From a virus: DNA of 64,000 nt. The notes under the pieces were generated by a model. The model saw only the letters and a list, made by a program, of their open reading frames with translations. It was not told where the DNA came from and made no database searches. The position numbers and the translations under genes were made by a program. Numbering within the stretch: the stretch's first letter is position 1; each line of letters starts with the position of its first letter. The DNA is taken from IMG/VR virus record IMGVR_UViG_3300029566_000004; one strand, 5' to 3'. Below are positions 26,957 to 36,739 of this stretch, piece by piece.

Positions 26957-27368
26957 ATCATGACCTTCGCCTCTAAAACCTTTTACGGCAAACTCAGCAA
27001 AGGATAAAGTTTTTCAAAGAGCCGCCAAACTCTTCTATTCTCAGCGCTCATCATTTAGACAATCAAGTATTGGCGCACTATCCAGTCATCTTAGAGCAAG
27101 TTTTTCACCGCTTCGTATTTGTTCACCTTGGAACGCCTGCCAGCATTTTATGCCAGCAGCCTGCCGGGGGTCGAACCCGCTATACGAGCAGCTTCATTTT
27201 TGAGAATAAGGTTATATGTAATTACTAGCAAACCTTTGGAAACCAGCTTAGCATGAGTTTATTGACATCTCTAAGGGTGGTCATTGGTCGCAACCAAAAT
27301 TTTTAGTTCCGTCGTTAGTTTAAACAGAGCATACCATCGTGAAGGTGTACGGTAACATTTTATGCTCC

Positions 27369-27441
27369 TTGCGGGGGTGGGACTCGAACCCACAACCTTC
27401 AGATTATGAGACTGACAAGCTACCTATTGCTATACCCCGCG
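27369..27441 (-). tRNA. initiator-type tRNA-fMet(CAU)
   Basis: Starts CGCGGGG and ends CCCCGCAA as E. coli tRNA-fMet does (C1.A72 mismatch); loop CUCAUAA. Confidence 0.8.
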
Positions 27442-27513
27442 ACGTAAAGGCAGTTTAAAGAGACGTGCCTAGGTCTCACAAGAAAGGAAAGATACATAAC
27501 GGTTTCGCACCGC

Positions 27514-27590
27514 TGGTGGCACCCGCCGGGCACGATCCGACATTACCAGCTTGAGAAGCTAGCGTCCTAGTTCAATTAGACGAGGAAGCC
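27514..27590 (-). tRNA. tRNA-Glu(CUC)
   Basis: Cloverleaf, loop UUCUCAA, atypical T-loop AUCGUGC, CCA. Confidence 0.7.
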
Positions 27591-27599
27591 ATATTAAAA

Positions 27600-28229
27600 T
27601 TATTTAGAAAATTTCCAAATATATCCATAAGCAGTTTTTCGTTTTCCTTTACAAACATCTGAAATATGACTAATTCCGCCTCTAGATGTTGATTCTGGAC
27701 AAACTGTTTTATAGGCTTCAGATAAAGAAGGAAAAGTTCTTAAATATTTACCATTTTTATCATATTGATTAATGATACATCCAAATTTTTCTTGATTAAT
27801 TTTTTCTTGAGATTTTATCTCAATATTATACTTTTTCAAAATTTGACTTAAATAGTTTCTATCACAATGATATATTTGACTTATTTCTTCTAAGTTAGGA
27901 TTTTCTTTATAAGCAAAAATTAAAACATCATAATCTAAATAGCGTTTTCCATCGCCCCCTAAAGTGGCATTATATCCATTTTTAAAAGAACGATAATGTT
28001 CAATCCAGTACTTTTCTCTTTCTTCTGGATTATTTGTTTCTTCTATCTGCTCGATATGAAAATGTTCAATTCCATATTTGCGCATCGCCGCATATAGCGG
28101 TCTTTTTTCATTTCTATCTCGAAAAGCATCTTGACAATGTTCTTTAAATCTTTTTTCAATAGAAAATTCTGTTTTGCCAATATAAATTTTCTAATTTATA
28201 TCATTAACAATTTTATAAATGTATGCCAT
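27600..28229 (-). CDS. GIY-YIG homing endonuclease, free-standing (1 in-frame TAG)
   Basis: N-terminus MAYIYKIVNDIN[TAG]KIYIGKT...R...H; ATG 28229 with RBS AAGGAG; TAG at 28193-28191. Confidence 0.75.
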
Positions 28230-28314
28230 AATTAAACAGCTCCTTTTTATTTTTTTGAATTAGTATTAGTTATAACAGAAGAAACCACGTGAAGGTTCTA
28301 ATTCATTTTCTTCC

Positions 28315-28387
28315 TGGCGCCACGAGGATTCGAACCCACGATTACCAGATTGAGAAACTGGTTGCCTAGCCATTAGCAGATGGCGTC
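28315..28387 (-). tRNA. tRNA-Glu(CUC), second copy
   Basis: Loop UUCUCAA; imperfect T stem (bulged U) and an A2.C71 mismatch. Confidence 0.6.
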
Positions 28388-28494
28388 ATTTTACTAGACC
28401 GTTTTTTATCATTTCTAAATCACAAATTTAATGATTAAACATTTGCTGTATCGGTCTATAATTTTCATTTCTTTTCTTTTCTTCTTACATATAT

Positions 28495-28523
28495 ATTATA
28501 ACAAAATTTTTTTAATTTTTCAA
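28495..28523 (-). promoter_or_regulatory. class-1 promoter TTGAAA-N17-TATAAT
   Basis: Minus strand: TTGAAA 28523-28518, TATAAT 28500-28495. Confidence 0.65.
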
Positions 28524-28545
28524 ATACCCGTTCTTGAATAGAGTC

Positions 28546-28631
28546 TGGTGCTGGTGAAGAGATTTGAACTCTTACGCTACCATAGCATTACGTTCTAAGC
28601 GTAACATGTCTGCCTATTCCATCACACCAGC
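28546..28631 (-). tRNA. tRNA-Leu(UAG), second copy
   Basis: Class-II cloverleaf, loop CUUAGAA, A73, CCA. Confidence 0.85.
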
Positions 28632-28823
28632 TTACTGCTCTATTTTATCTTTAATAACAAGGAATTCATCGACATCTGGATCAACTGCCAAACCACCCCA
28701 TGTACCATGAAGTTGTCCAATATCATCAATGTATTTAATTATGCCTTCTTTATCATGGTAAGGACTATTGATAGGCTCGCCGCACAGGCGTAGAATTTTA
28801 ATTTTATCGCCGATATGTGCCAT
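28632..28823 (-). CDS. small protein (DUF4314-like)
   Basis: Trimmed to ATG 28823 (RBS AAAGGAG); motif IDDIGQLHGTWGG; the stop abuts the tRNA-Leu 5' end. Confidence 0.55.
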   Translation of the reverse strand: MAHIGDKIKILRLCGEPINSPYHDKEGIIKYIDDIGQLHGTWGGLAVDPDVDEFLVIKDKIEQ

Positions 28824-28871
28824 TAACATACTCCTTTGATTAAATTTACAAGACACTTTTTTGTTATTATT

Positions 28872-28935
28872 ACTCTGCCAACTGAGCTACCAGTCCAAAT
28901 GAACTGGATAGGATTCAAACCTGCGGCAACGAGAA
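28872..28935 (-). other. permuted tRNA halves (3' half, then 4-nt linker, then 5' half) in a 5' leader
   Basis: The minus strand reads a T-arm plus CCAGUUC, then AUUU, then GGACUGG UA GCUC AGUUGGCA GAG. The two acceptor strands are complementary. Confidence 0.4.
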
Positions 28936-28985
28936 ATAATTTAATCTTATTTGCTGTTAGTGTCTTTCCTTTTTCTTACATATAT

Positions 28986-29014
28986 ATTATAACAAAATTT
29001 TTAATAAAAATCTA
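28986..29014 (-). promoter_or_regulatory. class-1 promoter (weak -35 TAGATT)-N17-TATAAT
   Basis: Same conserved block as the other class-1 promoters; TATAAT at 28991-28986. Confidence 0.5.
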
Positions 29015-29154
29015 ATAAGTAAAATAAAGTGGGAACTCTTTTTACAAATTTTGCGAACAATAAAAAACAAATAAATCATCAAAAGAAAACCTGTTTTAAT
29101 TTTTGATAATTTTAATTGCAATTTAATAATATCGCCAGTATCATCTGAATAAAG

Positions 29155-29469
29155 TTATAAACCAAGAGCCTTCATTAAATTTTCTACTGTTTGTCGCTCT
29201 TCGGGAGTGTATTCAGCAGGTGTAAATTTAGTAGGGGCTACTTCCTGTAGCGTAGTATCTTCAAAATTGATATTATCTGATTTTCCTACTGCGCCCATGG
29301 GAATTTTGGGGCAAGTTAATGAAATCGCAATTTGAACAGGTGAACCGTCCTTTGTTATATTTATATATAGCTTTTTGTCATAAATTCCGACGGTATCTGT
29401 ACCAAATTCTTTTGCAATACGTTGAAATACTTCTTCTTTAGCTGCTATTTCAGCTGCTCGTGTTGCCAT
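29155..29469 (-). CDS. hypothetical protein
   Basis: 104-aa ORF, RBS AAGGAG upstream. Confidence 0.6.
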   Translation of the reverse strand: MATRAAEIAAKEEVFQRIAKEFGTDTVGIYDKKLYINITKDGSPVQIAISLTCPKIPMGAVGKSDNINFEDTTLQEVAPTKFTPAEYTPEERQTVENLMKALGL

Positions 29470-29497
29470 ATATTTACTCCTTAAAAATTAAATTAGT

Positions 29498-30721
29498 TTA
29501 TTCAGATTCATAATAATCGTCTTCAAATTCATCAGGAGGGTCAGGGTCAATTATCTCCATGTCAATTGCACAGCTTTTACATAACATACTGTCACTTTCT
29601 CCATAGATATAATCCTGCCCGCAATGCATACATTTTACATCTGCTCCAATCTCCAATAGAGGTATATTGTCATCATTATGATATACATATCGTGAGCTAT
29701 ACATTGGCTCATAGCGATGAGAAAAAAGTAAATCATTAAAATGTAAAGAATTGTCTGGATTAGCATCACGCACCAAAGTACGTAATGGAACTAATTCACT
29801 TCCCCTATACCTTTTAATACAATAATATTTTTCATTTAAAGGCAATATATCATTTTTTGTATGAAATGAAGACACATATGAATCCGTAAAACGTGTCCAT
29901 GTGTAAGATAAACTAGTTAGTAATTTATCATAAATTAATTCATCTATATGATTAAGTTCATATGGATACTGACGACCTAAAAAACATACTTGATCAGTAG
30001 GATCCATATGTACAAGCATGCGCCATTTCTTAGAATTCCAACTTATACCATGAGGTAAGAAAGGATATTGTAATTTAGCTTCGCCTTTAATATAACACAT
30101 AAACGTTACATTATCAGCCATATAACTTAAATTACCCGCACGATATTCACCATCAAGAGCATGACATGAACGCCAATTGTAAGTATTTACACTTGACGTT
30201 AAAAAATCTAAAGGATGAATTGATATGCAAAAATCACCAGACATTTTGTCTTTTTGAATAATTGAACTCGCACACTCTTGCAAATGGCGCAAAACCGTGT
30301 TGTCACTAATAAAAAATTTAAATGCTTTTACTAATTTCATTCCAAGTTTAAAATCGGCGCAGTTAGGCAAAGTAACACAAGAAACAATATTATCAAAAAA
30401 ACTGTGTTCATTGCTTCGAATAAATTGTTGAAAATTCATCCATTGCGCATCTGCTAATTTACATTTAGCTATATAAAGAAATTCATTAATTAATAGCTCT
30501 TTTTCTTTATCTGAAAGATGAAAGGAAACATGACCTAAGTTTTTAATTAAATTAGAACCAAAACGAATTCGAAAACGTTCTTTATTTTTCCACCATTGCT
30601 CAAATAGTTCATCACTTACAATTGAATATCCTTGCGTATATTCTAAAATATGATTAAATTGATCTTGTATTTCAGAAACAGAAGTGCTCATGATCTCTAT
30701 GGACTCTTGTGTGAACGGCAT
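29498..30721 (-). CDS. large Cys-rich protein, paralog of 33262-35136
   Basis: Shared block SIHPLDFLTSS..NWRSC...WNSKKWR and C-terminal CxxC clusters; start at ATG 30721 with RBS GAGAGG. Confidence 0.65.
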   Translation of the reverse strand: MPFTQESIEIMSTSVSEIQDQFNHILEYTQGYSIVSDELFEQWWKNKERFRIRFGSNLIKNLGHVSFHLSDKEKELLINEFLYIAKCKLADAQWMNFQQFIRSNEHSFFDNIVSCVTLPNCADFKLGMKLVKAFKFFISDNTVLRHLQECASSIIQKDKMSGDFCISIHPLDFLTSSVNTYNWRSCHALDGEYRAGNLSYMADNVTFMCYIKGEAKLQYPFLPHGISWNSKKWRMLVHMDPTDQVCFLGRQYPYELNHIDELIYDKLLTSLSYTWTRFTDSYVSSFHTKNDILPLNEKYYCIKRYRGSELVPLRTLVRDANPDNSLHFNDLLFSHRYEPMYSSRYVYHNDDNIPLLEIGADVKCMHCGQDYIYGESDSMLCKSCAIDMEIIDPDPPDEFEDDYYESE

Positions 30722-31670
30722 AAGCAAAATCCTCTCTTTCTTTATTTTTGCAATTTAAACATATAGTCTCTTTCTCTGCTGGAATAAAATAATTGAAACA
30801 ATGTTCACAAATATCAACATTCATTCCATAATTTGTTATGCAAGTATCGCAAATGTTCCAAGTACCTGTTTCAGTTACGATTTTGTCAAGAGCACGAGCT
30901 GGTAATTTTGTTCCACAAAAACAACAAAAATCTGTAGATGTTGTATAGTCCTGCGGATAATGTTGTTCTATGTACTCAAATTTTGGTACTATTGGTTCTG
31001 ATAACATTTGTGCTACGGCGCTTAATGTATTCATAAAACTATTTACTTTTAAATACTCATAGGAGGTATGCTCATATTCATATCCAATAGATAAATTAAC
31101 AGAACAAATTTTCCAATAATGAGAAAGTATGCGAATGTCAGTATATGAGCCAATAGCCGTATGAAAGCCAAAACTTTCAATATATGCTTGAAACTGTTCA
31201 TTAGCTACATCATAAAAAACGCAATCATTATGATGCGCCCTATCAAGCTCAATCATATAATTAATATTTTCGAGCTTTGTCATTATTCCTGTTAATTCAT
31301 AAGCGCCTGCGCAACAATCTTCTTCATCGCGCATAAATAAAATTGTTGGACGATATCCCTGTTTTAGAAGATAATAAATGCCATATATCCCTGCTCTGTC
31401 ATCTGCGCCAAGACCATGTGGACTCCAAATTACTTGCTCTTCTCTATCATAAAAAATTTCTGTAGGAGGAGCATGAAATACTGTATCCATATGGGCTACT
31501 AATGCAATAGGAATTGTGCCATGCGCTATAATATTACCTTGACAAATTTCAATTTTATCTTTCTCATAATACTTTTCCAAGACTAGCTGAGAAGTATGAC
31601 TCAGCTGTTCTTGCGTCTGCTGGGCAACTACTTTAAATGCTTTATAGTCTTGTTCTGTAAATTCAAACAT
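30672..31670 (-). CDS. M20/M28/M42-type metallopeptidase-like protein with a C-terminal zinc ribbon
   Basis: AHMDTVF and LGADDRAGIYG motifs; C-terminal CxxC x4. Confidence 0.55.
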   Translation of the reverse strand: MFEFTEQDYKAFKVVAQQTQEQLSHTSQLVLEKYYEKDKIEICQGNIIAHGTIPIALVAHMDTVFHAPPTEIFYDREEQVIWSPHGLGADDRAGIYGIYYLLKQGYRPTILFMRDEEDCCAGAYELTGIMTKLENINYMIELDRAHHNDCVFYDVANEQFQAYIESFGFHTAIGSYTDIRILSHYWKICSVNLSIGYEYEHTSYEYLKVNSFMNTLSAVAQMLSEPIVPKFEYIEQHYPQDYTTSTDFCCFCGTKLPARALDKIVTETGTWNICDTCITNYGMNVDICEHCFNYFIPAEKETICLNCKNKEREDFAYAVHTRVHRDHEHFCF

Positions 31671-31730
31671 TATAGATACTCCTTTTATTTTCTCTATATA
31701 TATTTTATCATAATTTTTAATAAAAAACCA

Positions 31731-32537
31731 TTAAACCGATTGTAGTTCTGAATCAAAATATTCACTTATACTATCACGATTAGCTATCTATAATGCGTGC
31801 TCACAAATATGACAGCCATCTCCATTTGGAAATGTCTCACAATTTTGAGAACAATTGCAACGAGCTTTACCAAATCCAGGAGGAATCAAATAATTTGCAA
31901 CATTCATACCTTTGAACTCTAATAACAAAAGACCTAAATCTTGCTCCCAAACGCCTGACTTATAAATTTTAAATAATGCTTGCTCGGCGCGCGAACCATT
32001 TACATCGGGAAATTCAACTATACATCCCTCAATTATATCATATAATTGTAAATCTTCTGGGCGTATCCATGTGCCGTGCTCTAATTTAGATAAAATATTA
32101 TGCATAGACGCATCAACCACATTAGGAGTCCAGCGCACTGGAATACCAAAACGTTTTATTTTATCGTGTGAACTGAATAATGGCTGATTAAGATAAACAT
32201 ATGCAAGTCCTTCACGGCAAGCACGATTTAATTCAGCATATGTATTTAGATACGAAAGAAAATAAGCTTTAAGCCCATAACTTTTTGCTATTGGTATCAT
32301 ATTAAAATTAACCACGCCAATTGTAAAGCCTTTAGGAAATAATGGAGCCATATTTTTTAGCCATTTCCAATCAATATCAGCAGCAGTTTCTTCATAACAT
32401 TGAATAGTAACCGCCACATTTGGATATAGTTCAGGATATTCTAATATACGTTCTTTTTCATTATATTTAACTATAATTTCATCTGCTTGCGCTAAATATT
32501 CTCTATCACACCAAGCATGTAATGCAAATTTTATCAT
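31731..32537 (-). CDS. hypothetical protein (TAG 31790-31788 read through)
   Basis: Track ORF ends at a TAG. The frame continues for 18 codons to TAA 31733-31731, just before the next promoter block. Confidence 0.5.
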
Positions 32538-32679
32538 ATAATTATCACTCTCCTTCTTATTTTATTGTATCGAAAATTTTTATAAATTGCAACTAAAATT
32601 TCCCAGAGGCTTTCATCATTCCGGATGACGAAGCTGCCCGCCGCTCGCGCTGCATTCCGCACGATTTTAAAAATAAAAT

Positions 32680-32705
32680 AAAAGTGACCGCTATAGGTCA
32701 CTTTT
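32680..32705 (-). terminator. intrinsic terminator
   Basis: AAAAGTGACC-GCTATA-GGTCACTTTT with a T run in the minus sense. Confidence 0.65.
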
Positions 32706-32737
32706 ATTTGATCAAAGGCAAGAAATCAAATTATATG

Positions 32738-33181
32738 TTATTTATCGATTGCTTCATTGGCAGGCTTATCTGAGAGCCGATAGCCCATCACAATGCGCTT
32801 CTTACCATCGGCACCAGTAACCTTCAGCTCCTGCTTTTCAGCTTCTCCAGCTTTAACGAGAGAGTTAAGACGATACTGAATTTTTGCGGTGGTTACCTCT
32901 GCGCCCTCAATACAATCAGTAACTTCAGCGATGGTCTGAAACTCATCCGTCAGAACAGACGCAACTGCATTGAGCAGCTCATCAGCAGCAGCTTTATCAG
33001 CTGCACGTTTTCTAGCGGCAACATTCTTTTTCTCGAGCTGAGCTTTTTCATTCGTAGCGAAATTCAAAAGTTCTTCAGAAGTGATGGTGTGCTTTTCTTC
33101 ACCAATAGTGCATTCCATAGCCCCAGAATTAGCGAAGTTGATAAGAGCATCATAGATATTTTTTTTCGTAAGTTTAGACAT
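32738..33181 (-). CDS. putative winged-helix DNA-binding protein (related to 52249 and 55371)
   Basis: 147 aa; the C-terminal region resembles the wHTH-like tail of the two MAKNP.TYADAL paralogs. Confidence 0.5.
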   Translation of the reverse strand: MSKLTKKNIYDALINFANSGAMECTIGEEKHTITSEELLNFATNEKAQLEKKNVAARKRAADKAAADELLNAVASVLTDEFQTIAEVTDCIEGAEVTTAKIQYRLNSLVKAGEAEKQELKVTGADGKKRIVMGYRLSDKPANEAIDK

Positions 33182-33243
33182 GGTGGTTTTCTCCTTTAAG
33201 AGCTCATTTTTTTATTTTTATAAGAACTTTTTCTTACAGCTAT

Positions 33244-33272
33244 ATTTTATCAAAATTTTTATTAAAAATCAA
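33244..33272 (-). promoter_or_regulatory. class-1 promoter TTGATT-N17-TAAAAT
   Basis: Minus strand: TTGATT 33272-33267, TAAAAT 33249-33244. Confidence 0.6.
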
Positions 33273-35136
33273 GGTCATGAGGGTCGGCCGCATCTAAGAG
33301 GCCGCTATGGTTAAACCAATCATATACAGATGCATTATTAAAATTTCTCTTGTTCGCATATACATAGCGATCAGTGTAGAAAAATGCATCACGGCAAGCT
33401 TCTTTAAGACGAGAATCCATAGCCGCTGTATTAATGACTAAATAACCTTTATAAAGGAAAACACTTTTTATGGTTATTCCTTCTATACTGGTGAGGCCCA
33501 GGTCTGCGCCATGATTGTTAGTATATCTCTTTTTAATCGCAGCCCAACACAGAAGAAAATAATTCATTGCATACTGACTGCCGCATCTTTCTTTCTTCCA
33601 AAGTTTACAAAGTTCTTCAAATGAATAATAAGAATGAGTCATCATAAAATCATATATCTCTTGGCGCTCATGTCCATAATGAACATCCCAATTTATATTT
33701 ATACCATTTACGGGGGATGTAAGATATAGTGACTGGACGTCATACGCTTCGCGCAAACGAATATAGTCATCAAGATAAGCTATCGCATCTTTATATGAAT
33801 GATTCATTAGACTGGCGGGCATATAAATAATAGGAATCATTTCGTTACGCCAACCGTCTTCGTGAGTTACACAATCATGTGCGCTATATTCCTGATAGCA
33901 ATCACTGCAAAGAGGAATATCGCCATCATTAATAAAGAAAATCTCATCTTCAGTTAAACGGCATCCGCACTTGTCGCAATACCAAATATCGGCATCTGGT
34001 TCGCATACTTCACATGCCAGGCTATCTCCCTTAAGACTATCCCTATCGGTATTGCCGCAAATCATACACTGAGCGTCACCCGAATAATTGACAAGAAGAG
34101 AGTCGCCGATGCCTTTACGACGAAAACCCCAATGTTTAGTATTCGAGCAACAGTCATTATACATTAAATCAGTTTCAAAACGTACACGAGTTGAACCTAT
34201 CATAGGATATTCAAAAGTATAAGGCTTTTCATAGATATTATTCGGGCAAGCCGTTACCATTAATTCATAAAGCCAATTTGTAACAATCTTATCAATAGAA
34301 CTATCGTAATACGGATAAGATTTAACATTAGCAACAATATCTGGAGTAACAATATAGAGGGAGCGCCATTTTTTGCTATTCCAAGCGGCCTCACGACTAA
34401 TATACATCGGATGAGAAGACTCAAGATAAGCTACAATAATACAAGGGCTATTCATCATTTCTACAGTACCCATACGATAGCAGCCATTTTCTTGCCAAGA
34501 CATGCATGAACTCCAATCACAAGCATTATCACTCATGGTCATATAGTCCAAAGGATGAATAGACAAACAAAGCTTACCTTCGAGAGCAGTAGTGTTTGTA
34601 CACATTGATTGACAAATACGAAACTCTTCAAATTCATCATCATCCATAAAGTGAAGAATGCCGTTTAACTGCTTAAGAGCTTTCATTAATCTACAACCGT
34701 GATTAAGACGATAACCACCAATTTTTACATTAGCTCCACTATATTCATTGGCAAGAAGAGCGTCAGGAGTTACAAGATGACGTAATATGTGAAATTCATC
34801 AGTAGTAACAGTGTTGTTAGCGTAAAGCGCACGGAAACTTTTATCAATCTGATAAATAAATTGATCGAGACGATAAACGTGCTCATAAGTAATTTCATCA
34901 TCACACAATTCATCATACGATTTGTGCAGAGAAACTTCACGCGAGAGAATCAGCTGATTGCCGAAAAGAGTGGTCAAAAATTTACTCTTTGCTTCAGACC
35001 AAGGAGAGAGTAGATTGAAACTGGGAATCATATTGTCGCCAATATGATAACACTGTTCATCAGAAGCATAAATTTCACGATACTTATCGATTAATGAATA
35101 ATCCTTAGCTGTCAACAGATTACGAATATCGCTCAT
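33262..35136 (-). CDS. large Cys-rich protein, paralog of 29498-30721
   Basis: LSIHPLDYMTMSD..DWSSC...WNSKKWRS plus multiple CxxC; start trimmed to ATG 35136 (RBS AAGGGAG). Confidence 0.65.
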   Translation of the reverse strand: MSDIRNLLTAKDYSLIDKYREIYASDEQCYHIGDNMIPSFNLLSPWSEAKSKFLTTLFGNQLILSREVSLHKSYDELCDDEITYEHVYRLDQFIYQIDKSFRALYANNTVTTDEFHILRHLVTPDALLANEYSGANVKIGGYRLNHGCRLMKALKQLNGILHFMDDDEFEEFRICQSMCTNTTALEGKLCLSIHPLDYMTMSDNACDWSSCMSWQENGCYRMGTVEMMNSPCIIVAYLESSHPMYISREAAWNSKKWRSLYIVTPDIVANVKSYPYYDSSIDKIVTNWLYELMVTACPNNIYEKPYTFEYPMIGSTRVRFETDLMYNDCCSNTKHWGFRRKGIGDSLLVNYSGDAQCMICGNTDRDSLKGDSLACEVCEPDADIWYCDKCGCRLTEDEIFFINDGDIPLCSDCYQEYSAHDCVTHEDGWRNEMIPIIYMPASLMNHSYKDAIAYLDDYIRLREAYDVQSLYLTSPVNGININWDVHYGHERQEIYDFMMTHSYYSFEELCKLWKKERCGSQYAMNYFLLCWAAIKKRYTNNHGADLGLTSIEGITIKSVFLYKGYLVINTAAMDSRLKEACRDAFFYTDRYVYANKRNFNNASVYDWFNHSGLLDAADPHDLDF

Positions 35137-35168
35137 TGGTTTTTCTCCCTTTTTCATTTTCTATAATT

Positions 35169-35197
35169 ATTTTATCATATTTTTTTATAAAAATCAA
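35169..35197 (-). promoter_or_regulatory. class-1 promoter TTGATT-N17-TAAAAT
   Basis: Minus strand: TTGATT 35197-35192, TAAAAT 35174-35169. Confidence 0.6.
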
Positions 35198-35269
35198 AGA
35201 AGGTAAATTATTCTAGCATACTCATTTCGATTGCTATTGCTTTATTTGCGTTTTCTTCTGAATATTCCC

Positions 35270-35650
35270 TTATTCACACTCATTTGCAATATTTAATGTT
35301 TCATCGTAATAAGCTGAAGCAAGTGTGCCGCCATTCATAATATCCAACGCAGACGCTATTACTCGCGGATGGTGAATCCGACATGTCGGAAAAATAATTC
35401 TTTCAGAGAACTCTAACTTTGTGCCGTATTGAATGAAAGTTTCAGTTGAACGGCGAGCTCTCATAGATTCCTCTTCTGGTATCATTCGCAGAACAGATCC
35501 ATCAAGGAAATATGCTGACATTTCGGATTTACCTTTTCTAACTGCAAGTATGCATTCTGGCGGCGATACATCTATAATATCCTCAAAGACTTTTTCTGCC
35601 CATGCTCGATCCCAATACCAAATATGAATTATTCGACTCAGATAATTCAT
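35270..35650 (-). CDS. hypothetical protein
   Basis: 126-aa ORF. Confidence 0.5.
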   Translation of the reverse strand: MNYLSRIIHIWYWDRAWAEKVFEDIIDVSPPECILAVRKGKSEMSAYFLDGSVLRMIPEEESMRARRSTETFIQYGTKLEFSERIIFPTCRIHHPRVIASALDIMNGGTLASAYYDETLNIANECE

Positions 35651-35718
35651 TTATTACCCCCGAATAATATAGTAAAATAATTTGTTGCAAAGCATATCTA
35701 CATCAATCAGTCTCATAA

Positions 35719-36129
35719 TCATTCTCCTTCCACTGACTGCTTAAGCCATTCCATCGTCCATTCAAAACTGTTGGTTCGTTGTCCCCATTCATATGCAACG
35801 GCATCTTCTGCGCCTGCATTATAAATATCGTGAAACAGCTCATTCAACTCGTTATCAGTCATTGATCGGATGCTATCGGCGTTGGTCTTTTCTTTGGTAA
35901 GCGGCGTAAAATATTTGTTCCAAGTAGAAGTAGGACAGTTGCAACGATTCAGATCAATATCATTGTTCCATTTAACATTTTGCCCGATTTGACCGTCTGC
36001 AAAATGGCAAACACAATTCACAGATATACCATTGAGCGCATCTCGCTCGATTAAAGTTTCAATTTCATCCAGTGACAAGCTATCTTCCAAATCGCAGATA
36101 TATAAAGTCATTTTATAGAGCTGTGCCAT
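35719..36129 (-). CDS. hypothetical protein
   Basis: Trimmed to ATG 36129 behind the conserved junction CCGAAAGGAGAATGATTATG. Confidence 0.55.
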   Translation of the reverse strand: MAQLYKMTLYICDLEDSLSLDEIETLIERDALNGISVNCVCHFADGQIGQNVKWNNDIDLNRCNCPTSTWNKYFTPLTKEKTNADSIRSMTDNELNELFHDIYNAGAEDAVAYEWGQRTNSFEWTMEWLKQSVEGE

Positions 36130-36131
36130 AA

Positions 36132-36437
36132 TCATTCTCCTTTCGGCGGCTGTGGCAAATATTGCCAATGGGTGACTTTGTATGACAAACCCATCTGGAA
36201 TTTCTCGCCGTCATAAAAACAAATTCCAATTGCCCAATAATCATCATCGTCGCAATAAGCGTGCCTATAATGCACAATACAATTCACTTTTTCTTCCGGC
36301 AACCTATCCTTGACCGAAATCCACTCCTGCACCGTCACACCATTGCGGATAAGGTAATCTGCAATATCTCCAAGCGTTTTCTGACCGGGCTGAATAATTA
36401 TATCCAGTAACTCCACCAGCTTTCCCTTAACATCCAT
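36132..36437 (-). CDS. DUF551-like protein (paralog family)
   Basis: MDVKGKLVELL...NGVTVQEWISVKDRLPE...THWQYLPQPPKGE. Confidence 0.65.
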   Translation of the reverse strand: MDVKGKLVELLDIIIQPGQKTLGDIADYLIRNGVTVQEWISVKDRLPEEKVNCIVHYRHAYCDDDDYWAIGICFYDGEKFQMGLSYKVTHWQYLPQPPKGE

Positions 36438-36739
36438 CAGTCAGCACCTCCATCCATAATTGCGCCGCAGTTGGGGCAGTAGTTATATCTGTGTCCCCAA
36501 ACCGTTCTGTATCCACACACAGAGCAGTCTTCGCATTCATTCATAAAGGGTGCTTCTGTCGGAACCCACCGCCCATGCCGAACTGGGGCAACGTCGGCGG
36601 CTGGAGCGTCGAGTATTGCTCTTTGCGCTCTATCAAGACCACGGTCAAAACCTTCCTCATAGGAAGAATTCGGAGGATTCTTGTAATAATATTTTCTTAT
36701 TCCTTCACTTATCGCTTCACGCTCGATATACTCAGCCAT
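36437..36739 (-). CDS. zinc-ribbon protein (paralog of 38409-38717)
   Basis: C-terminus CSVCGY...NYCPNCGAIMDGG. Confidence 0.55.
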   Translation of the reverse strand: MAEYIEREAISEGIRKYYYKNPPNSSYEEGFDRGLDRAQRAILDAPAADVAPVRHGRWVPTEAPFMNECEDCSVCGYRTVWGHRYNYCPNCGAIMDGGAD

